A stretch of DNA of 64,000 nt from an uncultured Pseudomonadota bacterium (GTDB lineage Bacteria > Oederibacteriota > Muellerivitia > Muellerivitales > Muellerivitaceae). Below the pieces are notes generated by a model. It ran no database searches, was not told the DNA's origin, and saw only the letters and a list, made by a program, of their open reading frames with translations. Below, piece after piece: positions 56,757-64,000 of this stretch. The number at the start of each line of letters is the position of its first letter. Position 1 is the stretch's first letter. The stretch spans positions 544,001 to 608,000 of the forward strand of contig CAWIIP010000002.1 in NCBI GenBank assembly GCA_963836235.1, written 5' to 3'. The position numbers and the translations under genes were made by a program.

Positions 56757-58205
56757 TTAGGCTAGGCCATTCTTTTTCAAAATAGGTAAGATTTTTTCTT
56801 CAACTTGAGGGTCCATCACCAACTCTTCCGGCCATTCACGATTAAAACCCTCCTCTTTCCATTTCTTCGTGGCGTCGATGCCAATCTTGCCGCCCCAACC
56901 CCACATGGGGGAGGTATGGTCCAACACATCCAAGGGGCCTTCAGTAATGACAACATCTCTCTTTGCGTCCATGCAGTTCCCTATCCGCCATAAAACCTGA
57001 GCATAATCATGGACATTCGTATCCTTATCCACAATCAGAAGAATCTTGTTGAGCATCATTTGCCCCAGCCCCCAAAGGGCGAACATTACCTTGCGAGCGT
57101 GCTGTGGATATTGTTTGTCGATGGAAACGATCGCCAGGTTATGAAAAATGCCTTCCACCGGTAGGTCGATATCCACGATTTCCGGCAAAACCTTTTGCAT
57201 TAGGGGCAAAAACAATCGTTCCGTGGCCTTACCCAGATAGCCGTCCTCCATGGGCGGCTTGCCCACGATGGTTGTGGGATAGATGGGATTTTTCCGGTGG
57301 GTGATGCAAGTCACATGGAAAACCGGATATTGGTCGGCCAAGCTGTAATAACCTGTGTGGTCGCCGAAGGGCCCTTCCAAGCGCCGTTCGCCCGCTTCCA
57401 CATAGCCTTCCAGCACGAAATCCGCGTCGGCATGGACCATTAAATCCACGGTTTTGCACTTCACCAGTTCCACCGGCTTTTTACGCAAAAACCCCGCGAA
57501 CAATAGTTCATCGATACCTTCGGGTAACGGCGCCGTGGCTGAATAGGTCAAAGCGGGGTCCCCTCCCAGCGCCACCGCCACCTCCAGGCGCTTACCCATT
57601 TTCTCGGCCTTGCGATGGTGGCCCGCCCCTCCATGATGGACCTGCCAGTGCATCCCCGTCGTTTTTGCGTCGTAAACCTGCATGCGGTACATCCCGATAT
57701 TGCGTAGGCCTGTTTCCGGGTCCTGGGTATAAACCAAGGGGAAAGTGATAAAGCGGCCGCCATCATCAGGCCAGCATTTCAAGACGGGAAGAGCGGTTAA
57801 ATCAGGGTTGTTTTCTACGACTTCCTGACAAGCGCCTTTGCTGACTTCCGTAGGAGGAAATTTGGCAATATCGGCCAATTTCGGTAGGAACTTCAGTTTT
57901 TCCACAAAGCCCTTGGGCGGCTTCAACTCCAGGAGTTCCTTGATGGAGTCCGCGTGTTCTTCCAGGTTCTCCACTCCCAAGGCCCAACTCATACGCTGGT
58001 AGGAACCGAAACCATTAATCAGAAGCGGATAGGCGCTTCCCTTGGGATTCTCGAAGAAAAGGGCCTTGCCACCCTGGGGGGATTTGGAAACCTTGTCCGC
58101 AATCGCAGTGATTTCTAGAATAGGGTCCACTTCATCCTTAATCCGGACAAGTTCTCCTTTTTTTTCAAGGAATTCAACGAATTCACGAAGGGACGAGTAA
58201 GCCAT
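56757..58205 (-). CDS. ubiD: UbiD-family menaquinone biosynthesis decarboxylase (MqnL type)
   Basis: 'LPVLKCWPDDGG', 'NIGMYRMQ', 'EGPFGDHTGYY', 'GKPPMED', 'DVLDH', 'GIDAT'. Confidence 0.95.
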   Translation of the reverse strand: MAYSSLREFVEFLEKKGELVRIKDEVDPILEITAIADKVSKSPQGGKALFFENPKGSAYPLLINGFGSYQRMSWALGVENLEEHADSIKELLELKPPKGFVEKLKFLPKLADIAKFPPTEVSKGACQEVVENNPDLTALPVLKCWPDDGGRFITFPLVYTQDPETGLRNIGMYRMQVYDAKTTGMHWQVHHGGAGHHRKAEKMGKRLEVAVALGGDPALTYSATAPLPEGIDELLFAGFLRKKPVELVKCKTVDLMVHADADFVLEGYVEAGERRLEGPFGDHTGYYSLADQYPVFHVTCITHRKNPIYPTTIVGKPPMEDGYLGKATERLFLPLMQKVLPEIVDIDLPVEGIFHNLAIVSIDKQYPQHARKVMFALWGLGQMMLNKILLIVDKDTNVHDYAQVLWRIGNCMDAKRDVVITEGPLDVLDHTSPMWGWGGKIGIDATKKWKEEGFNREWPEELVMDPQVEEKILPILKKNGLA

Positions 58206-58239
58206 GGGATTCCTCAATCTTGTTTGAAAGCGGGATATT

Positions 58240-58836
58240 CTACGCCGACGAGCTTGCCGTCTCAAAGTCCCTTTTTAGTTGCCGGTTAATGAGAAAAGCA
58301 CCGATCACAACCAAAAGCCCGCCGATCGCGGGAGCCCAAAGCCATTTTAAGGCTGGCTGGAAAAACAGGTTAAACCATGCCATATAGCTGACGGCCCACC
58401 CAATAGTCATAAGGAACCGCGCCGAGCGTTCCCCCCAACCGGCGGCCATCCAACCGGCAACGTACCCTGCCATAGAAAAACCAACTCCAAACAAGTGTAG
58501 GTCGGAGGTATGTTTAATAAACATCTCGGCCCTATCCCCCATATTCACCATCATGGCCAGCCAATCGAAACACCACAGAAGCAGCCACAAAACGGCGACT
58601 AGGGCAAACCCATGGGAAACAAACATGAAGGTTCGGTTTCCCTCCCGAAACCATTCCAAACGCGTCAACAATAGCAAGATTCCGCACAGGCCTGCGTACC
58701 CGAACAGTATGGCGATGCTCATCCATGTGGACGGATTTTGGCGGAGTGATCCGGCCAGGGGTTCCTCAAAAAAAACGCCCATGGACAATAAAACTCCCAG
58801 AGAACCCATGCGGTAAAGGATCAAAGCGGCCCTCAT
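58240..58836 (-). CDS. Hypothetical multi-pass membrane protein
   Basis: About 6 hydrophobic segments; ATGA overlap with the truA stop. Confidence 0.7.
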   Translation of the reverse strand: MRAALILYRMGSLGVLLSMGVFFEEPLAGSLRQNPSTWMSIAILFGYAGLCGILLLLTRLEWFREGNRTFMFVSHGFALVAVLWLLLWCFDWLAMMVNMGDRAEMFIKHTSDLHLFGVGFSMAGYVAGWMAAGWGERSARFLMTIGWAVSYMAWFNLFFQPALKWLWAPAIGGLLVVIGAFLINRQLKRDFETASSSA

Positions 58837-59627
58837 TCCGATTCCTCAGGTTTTGGCCTATGTTTTTTAATCGGAGGAAAAGTCTTGGGATAAAAAACCT
58901 TCATCATAAAAAGGCCATTGGGCGGCAGGGTTGGCCCCGCTTTCTTTCGGTCCTTGGATTTCAGAATCGCGGTAATGTCCTCTGGTTTAATCTTGCCCGA
59001 ACCCACATAAACCAGCGTTCCACTCAAGATTCGGATCATTTGGTGAAGGAAGGACACACCGGTGTAATCCAAGACGACGTCCGAACCTTTTTTTTGTATA
59101 CCGATCTTCATCAAGGTACGTTTCGGATTTGCCCTTTTTCCTAAAGCGCCGCGAAAGGCCGTAAAGTCATGGGTGCCTAAAAGGTATTTGGCCGCTTTCT
59201 TCATGGCGGATATATCCAGCGGAAGCCGGAAATGATGGTAAGTGTTTCGGTCGAAGACCGTATAGTCTTGGCTGTTGCGAATGACGTAGCGATAGAGTTT
59301 GGCCTTGGCGTGGTAAGTAGCGTGAAAGGTGGCTGGAACCTCTTGGGCCTTCACGATTCGGATATCGTGGGGTAAAAGCTGGTTTAAAACCTTCGCGATG
59401 CGTTCCACCGGCATCGGGGATGTCGTGTGAAAATTGGCGGTCTGCCCCAGGGCATGAACCCCGGCATCGGTACGGCCCGCTACCAAAAGGTCCACCGGGT
59501 GCCCACAGATGAGTTTCAGCCGGTCTTCCAGGGTTCCTTGTAGGGTCGAGGCCTGGGGTTGTTTTTGCCAGCCCGAATAACTGGTTCCGTCATACTCCAC
59601 GATCAAGCGAATATTGCGGAATTCCAT
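58833..59627 (-). CDS. truA: tRNA pseudouridine(38-40) synthase
   Basis: 'EYDGTSYSGWQ', 'AGRTDAGVHA', 'GTHDF', 'FLHQMIR'. Confidence 0.96.
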   Translation of the reverse strand: MEFRNIRLIVEYDGTSYSGWQKQPQASTLQGTLEDRLKLICGHPVDLLVAGRTDAGVHALGQTANFHTTSPMPVERIAKVLNQLLPHDIRIVKAQEVPATFHATYHAKAKLYRYVIRNSQDYTVFDRNTYHHFRLPLDISAMKKAAKYLLGTHDFTAFRGALGKRANPKRTLMKIGIQKKGSDVVLDYTGVSFLHQMIRILSGTLVYVGSGKIKPEDITAILKSKDRKKAGPTLPPNGLFMMKVFYPKTFPPIKKHRPKPEESE

Positions 59628-59631
59628 GGTC

Positions 59632-61938
59632 TTAATGGTGCGACGAGTTCGGCACCTCGTGCGCCTGTTCCGCCTTGTTGAGGAGCGCGAGCCCATCGAC
59701 AGCTTCCTTTTGCTGGGGATTGAGGCCGAGGGCTTGTTGGTAAGCGGAATCAGCGTTGGTAAAGTCGTTCATCAACCGGAAAGCATCCCCCATTCGGGCC
59801 AAGACATAAGGATTCCGGGGCTCCCGTTGAAGGGTTTCCTGGTAATTGTTGATGGCCGCGGCGTAATTGCCCATAGCCAGATAGCTCTCACCTAGCATCA
59901 TGTAAATGCGAACCAAAGTCTGAGGTTGGCGGTATTGCAGGGCGTTGTTGAAGCCCCATACGGCCAGGTCCGGCATTTTGTTCATGTAGGAGTAATAGCC
60001 CGTAAAATCATAACCAATGCCATAGGAATCTTTCATGACATCCGTGTACTCATCCCAATAACCCCGGGTAGGATCTTCCATGTCCCGTAAACGGTAAGTG
60101 CTCCAAATTAAATTCAGCCGTCCCGAGGTGAAGGGATAATTCATATTCTTGGTATTAATCATCCTCCACAAAAAGCCTTCGGGCATAGATGGATTTTTGT
60201 CCCTCATCCAAGGCGCGGTGAAAATGTTAGTGAAATAAAAGGAACGGTCCTTGGCGTGCTGGTCGATCATATCTTGAACCACCGTCTCGGGACGGATATC
60301 TTCCCGCCCATAGGCGTCCGTTCGCATGGGAACCTCAAGGAAAGGCCAGCGTTTGAATAAAGGATTCCGATACCAATCGTAGGGAATGAGCTGCATGGTA
60401 AAACTGACGACCTCGGGCCTTTTTCCTTCCACGTATTGCAGGTACCAAAGGGGAAGAATGTCGATATCGCCGTTGCAGAGGATAACCGCGTCCCGATTGA
60501 CGGTCTTGAGCATATTCATGCCCTCATCGTAGGAACTGATATACCGGCTTTGGTCGTTTCCCTGGTAAACCGCTTGGCCGTCGACCATCTTGTCCTTGGC
60601 CGTGTAGTTCAACATCAAAGGCATCAAGGCGAACCCCAAACAAAAAGCGGTGGCGTAAAGGGGAACAACCCGGTAAGGCCATTCCTTGGCGACCCACTCG
60701 CAAATACCGGCGACACCCGCGGCCGCGAAAATCGCGAAGGTGAGGTAAACCGGGGAGAAAAAGTTGTCAATGGTCCATTGATACCCTTCCAGCGGGTTGT
60801 TGAAAAGGATGATGCCCGCGAAAACACCTCCCCCGAACAAGGCGAAACCAGTTGCCGTGGCCCATTGTTTTCGTTTCCAAAGCCAGACGCCCCCCCAAAT
60901 CATCAGGAAGAAAACAAGGAAAGTGAATATTTCGCCGAACTCGTGATGGGCGTGAAGCCAAAAGCGTTTGAGATCGCGGACGATAGTTTCCCAACCCCGG
61001 GCAGCGCCGACGTTCTCATAGCCCTTCCGGATAACGGTTCCCCAAAGCCGGTCCACGGTACGGGGATCCCACCAGTTGACCAGAGGGTTCTGGGTCGCCC
61101 GTATGGGCAGGTACATGTAAACCGAAAGGGATAAAAGGCCGCAAATAAAAGCCCTTACAAAATTCAAGACGCCAAAAGCCGAGAGAACATTGATAAGGTT
61201 ATCCCATAAATCAAAAGGTCTTAGGCCAATGGCGTTTTTTAAAATGGTAGGCAAGGGAACCCGTTTTTGACTGGCCAGGAAAAACCAAAGATAGGCCGGG
61301 GCCATCACGATTTGATTGGGCCAATGATGAGCCAGACTCAAGCCATAAAGGAAGCCCATGAGTAGGAGGGATTTGGTGAACCATCCGCTTTCCCTCATCT
61401 TAAAGAAAAGAAAAATCATGGAGACCGAAAGCAATGTATTGAGGGTATAAATGCCGCCCTTGGCCCCACAGGACTGGAACCAATGTTGATAGGAAAAAGC
61501 GAAAACAAGCGCCCCAAAGAGGGACGGAACTTCCCAAAGCCATGAGTTGGACTTTGAGGTTTCTGGAGCCTCTTGTCCCGTAACGCTCATAGAAACTGGG
61601 GACGGGCCGTTGGCCGTAACCACAGGGGAAGCTTGGAAAGAATTGGCGGAGGTGAAGATTCCTTGAAACATCATTTTGAGGAACCAATAAACCATCACCA
61701 CTGAAACAGTCCCCGTAACCATGGAAGAAAAGGTCACCCTTAGCATCGGTTTACCCAAAGGCAGGAGGCAATTGACCCTCCCCCAAAGGGTGTGCAGGGG
61801 ATAGCCTGGCGAATGGCTGATGGTCAGCAGGTCGCAGACCATGATGGTTTCACCGGAATCGTTGATATTAAAGGTAGCGCAATGGGTCAACAGATAAACT
61901 TCGAAGACGAAGAAAAAAAGGAAAACGGGAATCAGCAT
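59632..61938 (-). CDS. DUF2723 (TMEM260-like, GT-C fold) membrane protein with C-terminal TPRs
   Basis: 'DSGE' after TM1, 'HSPGYPL', 'LAHH', 'YLPIRA', about 11 TMs, TPR repeats at the C-terminus. Confidence 0.88.
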   Translation of the reverse strand: MLIPVFLFFFVFEVYLLTHCATFNINDSGETIMVCDLLTISHSPGYPLHTLWGRVNCLLPLGKPMLRVTFSSMVTGTVSVVMVYWFLKMMFQGIFTSANSFQASPVVTANGPSPVSMSVTGQEAPETSKSNSWLWEVPSLFGALVFAFSYQHWFQSCGAKGGIYTLNTLLSVSMIFLFFKMRESGWFTKSLLLMGFLYGLSLAHHWPNQIVMAPAYLWFFLASQKRVPLPTILKNAIGLRPFDLWDNLINVLSAFGVLNFVRAFICGLLSLSVYMYLPIRATQNPLVNWWDPRTVDRLWGTVIRKGYENVGAARGWETIVRDLKRFWLHAHHEFGEIFTFLVFFLMIWGGVWLWKRKQWATATGFALFGGGVFAGIILFNNPLEGYQWTIDNFFSPVYLTFAIFAAAGVAGICEWVAKEWPYRVVPLYATAFCLGFALMPLMLNYTAKDKMVDGQAVYQGNDQSRYISSYDEGMNMLKTVNRDAVILCNGDIDILPLWYLQYVEGKRPEVVSFTMQLIPYDWYRNPLFKRWPFLEVPMRTDAYGREDIRPETVVQDMIDQHAKDRSFYFTNIFTAPWMRDKNPSMPEGFLWRMINTKNMNYPFTSGRLNLIWSTYRLRDMEDPTRGYWDEYTDVMKDSYGIGYDFTGYYSYMNKMPDLAVWGFNNALQYRQPQTLVRIYMMLGESYLAMGNYAAAINNYQETLQREPRNPYVLARMGDAFRLMNDFTNADSAYQQALGLNPQQKEAVDGLALLNKAEQAHEVPNSSHH

Positions 61939-61961
61939 AGGTAGTGATATTCCTGGGAATC

Positions 61962-61990
61962 AAAAATAAGGGGCGCCCAAAGGCGCCCCT
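61962..61990 (-). terminator. Intrinsic terminator of tpx
   Basis: AGGGGCGCC-TTTG-GGCGCCCCT followed by TATTTTT on the minus strand. Confidence 0.85.
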
Positions 61991-62010
61991 GGTTTTATTC
62001 TCTTTTCAAC

Positions 62011-62523
62011 TCAGGCGTTGGCTTTCGCCGCCGCTAAAGCCTTATCATAATCCGGATGGTTAGTGGCTTCGCTCACATACTCAACGTGCTTGATTTTACC
62101 ATCTTTTCCCACCACAAAGAGGGCTCGGGCTTCCAAGCGGAGTTCCTTGATATGGGTACCATAAGCGTCCCCGAAGGACATCTCCCGGTGGTCGGAAAGG
62201 GTTTGAATCTTAATATTTTCCGCCCCACAAAAGCGCCCTTGGGCAAAGGGCAAATCCGCCGAAATCGTCAATACTTGGACGCTGGGAGGAAGGGTTTCCG
62301 CTTCCTTATTGAACCGGTGGGTTTGCGCCGCGCAAACACCGGTATCCAAGGAAGGCGCTACTGAAAGAATCAAAGTCTTTCCCTTGTAATTATCGAGCGT
62401 CATTTCTTGTAAGTCGTTGGTTAAAACCTTGAAATTGGGAGCCGTGTCCCCCACTTTGATTTCCGGCCCGATCAGGGTCAAAGATCCGCCCTTGAAGGTA
62501 ACGACGCCTTTACGCTCTTGCAT
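62011..62523 (-). CDS. tpx: Thiol peroxidase (atypical 2-Cys peroxiredoxin)
   Basis: 'PSLDTGVC', 'ISADLPFAQGRFCG', 'HPDYD'. Confidence 0.96.
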   Translation of the reverse strand: MQERKGVVTFKGGSLTLIGPEIKVGDTAPNFKVLTNDLQEMTLDNYKGKTLILSVAPSLDTGVCAAQTHRFNKEAETLPPSVQVLTISADLPFAQGRFCGAENIKIQTLSDHREMSFGDAYGTHIKELRLEARALFVVGKDGKIKHVEYVSEATNHPDYDKALAAAKANA

Positions 62524-62581
62524 GTCTTTCTCCTTGGATAAAAAATTTAAAACTCAAAACTGATAACTCAAAACTGCCTTT

Positions 62582-63661
62582 CTAGATGTGTCCTTGATGC
62601 ACCAGATACTCGGCTACCAACATCCCGCCTTTAGCGGCTCCCATTTTGGTGTTATGGGACACCAGCATATACTTGATTCCGTTCGGCAAGGCATGGTCCG
62701 CCCTCACCCGGCCCACGGAGGTCACCATTCCCCCTTCCCGGTCCCGATCCAGTCTCGGCTGTGGGCGAAAAGGATCATCCGTCACCTCAATCAAATGGGG
62801 CGGGCAGGAGTGAAAATTCATGGCCACAAAATCCTTCCCGAAGTCACGCATCACCTTTTTCACATCCTCCACAGTTGCGTGCTTAGACAAGGAAACATAA
62901 ACCGCTTCCGTATGGCCTTCCATGACTGGAACGCGTGTACAGGTAGCCGAGACCGGAAAAGGCGCCGGGGCTATAGTTTCACCGATGATCGTCCCCAAGA
63001 TTTTCTGGGTTTCTTTCTCGACTTTTTCCTCTTCCTTCGGGATATAGGGAACAACGTTATCCATGATATCCATGCCAATAACTCCGGGTGACCGTCCGGC
63101 TCCCGACAAGGCCTGCATGGAAGTCATGATCACTTGCAGGACCCCATAGGCTTCATGCAAGGGCTTTAGGGTCATCGCCAGGCCCATAGTCGTGCAATTA
63201 GGCACGGGCGTCACGAAACCTTTCCAGCCGCGGCTCTTCTTTTGGATGGCGATCAGCTTGTCGTGATCCAGGTTGACGCCGGGAATGAAAATGGGGACAT
63301 CCGGTTCATAGCGGAAGGCGGACGCGGTCGAGACGACAGGTGTGGTTTTGGCGTAACGTGGTTCCAATTCCTTTGCCGCGTCTGATTCCACGGCGGTAAA
63401 GATAACGTCCACTTTAGAGGCGTCGAGCTTGGAGGCGTCTTCCATGTGCATTTTAGCGAAAGTGGGGTCCAAGGCCTCCTGGCAATACCAACGGAAAGCG
63501 CCCGAGGCGTCGGTCAGGGCGTCCTTGTAGGACTTCCCCGCGGATCTCTCCGAAGCGGCCAAAGCTACGACTTCGAAAAAGGGATGCCCCGGAAGGGAGG
63601 CCAAAAACTGCTGGCCCGCCACTCCAGTGGCGCCGATGACGGCGACTTTCTTCTTTTTCAT
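62582..63661 (-). CDS. asd: Aspartate-semialdehyde dehydrogenase (archaeal/eukaryotic type)
   Basis: 'GATGVAGQ', 'ASERSAGK', catalytic 'PNCTT', 'QALSGAG', 'RPQPRLDR', 'SHNTKMGAA'. Confidence 0.95.
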   Translation of the reverse strand: MKKKKVAVIGATGVAGQQFLASLPGHPFFEVVALAASERSAGKSYKDALTDASGAFRWYCQEALDPTFAKMHMEDASKLDASKVDVIFTAVESDAAKELEPRYAKTTPVVSTASAFRYEPDVPIFIPGVNLDHDKLIAIQKKSRGWKGFVTPVPNCTTMGLAMTLKPLHEAYGVLQVIMTSMQALSGAGRSPGVIGMDIMDNVVPYIPKEEEKVEKETQKILGTIIGETIAPAPFPVSATCTRVPVMEGHTEAVYVSLSKHATVEDVKKVMRDFGKDFVAMNFHSCPPHLIEVTDDPFRPQPRLDRDREGGMVTSVGRVRADHALPNGIKYMLVSHNTKMGAAKGGMLVAEYLVHQGHI

Positions 63662-63776
63662 CGCTCAATCCTTCAAAAATGGTCAAAAACCTTTATTTGG
63701 GAAGGGAAAGGATAGCATATTCGGAGGGAGTTTCAATGCTACAAAGGCCCCCGAACTTGAGGGATGTCGTCTTATT

Positions 63777-64000
63777 TTATGGAATTTCCGTCTTACTGTT
63801 AGCGTCATAGGTTTTCTTGTTAGCCGATATGGAAATAAAACAAATGTAGCTACCCGGTGGCATGGGTCGGCCTTCCTCGTCTTTTCCATCCCAAACGATC
63901 TCATGCGTGCCACTGGACAGGTTTTCCGGCTTTTGGTCTTTGCTGAATTCATAGACCAGCACGGGGCGTAAACCATTGGTGAATATTCTCAAATAAGTGT
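63777..64000 (-). CDS. FlgD-Ig-like C-terminal domain protein; 3' part only, runs off the right edge
   Basis: Frame is open to the window edge; 'GTHEIVWDGKDEEGRPMPPGSYI' is a FlgD-Ig-type motif. Confidence 0.75.
   Translation of the reverse strand, partial: TYLRIFTNGLRPVLVYEFSKDQKPENLSSGTHEIVWDGKDEEGRPMPPGSYICFISISANKKTYDANSKTEIP

Noticed and set aside
1-64000. Prophage, IS element, integron, defence island, tRNA or rRNA
   Set aside because: No integrase, transposase, phage structural, nuclease or toxin-antitoxin gene and no cloverleaf or rRNA sequence was recognised by eye.

Overview
Gene-dense chromosomal window of a probably diderm bacterium (LolA, GT9 heptosyltransferase, FlgD-Ig protein), with about 57 genes, all but 6 on the minus strand. 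Core content: tyrS, PBP1A, ppdK-glyS-glyQ, an Rrf2-sufBCDSUT operon, recO, yajQ-rodZ-lolA-ftsK, gatCAB, pcrA, rplM-rpsI, speE, queF, a futalosine-type menaquinone cluster (ubiD/mqnL, menG, ubiX, ubiA/mqnP, mqnE, mqnA, mqnC; no mqnB or mqnD in the window), truA, a DUF2723/TMEM260-like glycosyltransferase, tpx and an archaeal/eukaryotic-type asd. Glycan-related genes include a GH9 missed by the ORF track at the left edge, a GH2 beta-glucuronidase and a secreted GH-like protein that appears to have lost its catalytic core. I saw no tRNA, rRNA, CRISPR array, integrase or transposase. Four genes (uidA, pcrA, the GH-like gene, a NUDIX gene) are broken by single-base indels, mostly in short homopolymers, which most likely reflects long-read error. 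The most interesting signals are low-GC 3' ends on tyrS and gatB (gatB also gains a 97-aa orphan tail), a ~120-nt rod-like structured leader on the cold-shock gene, the GH pseudoenzyme, a very Pro/Thr/Ser-rich secreted protein, and the incomplete futalosine cluster. None of these is a demonstrated new system; all are leads.
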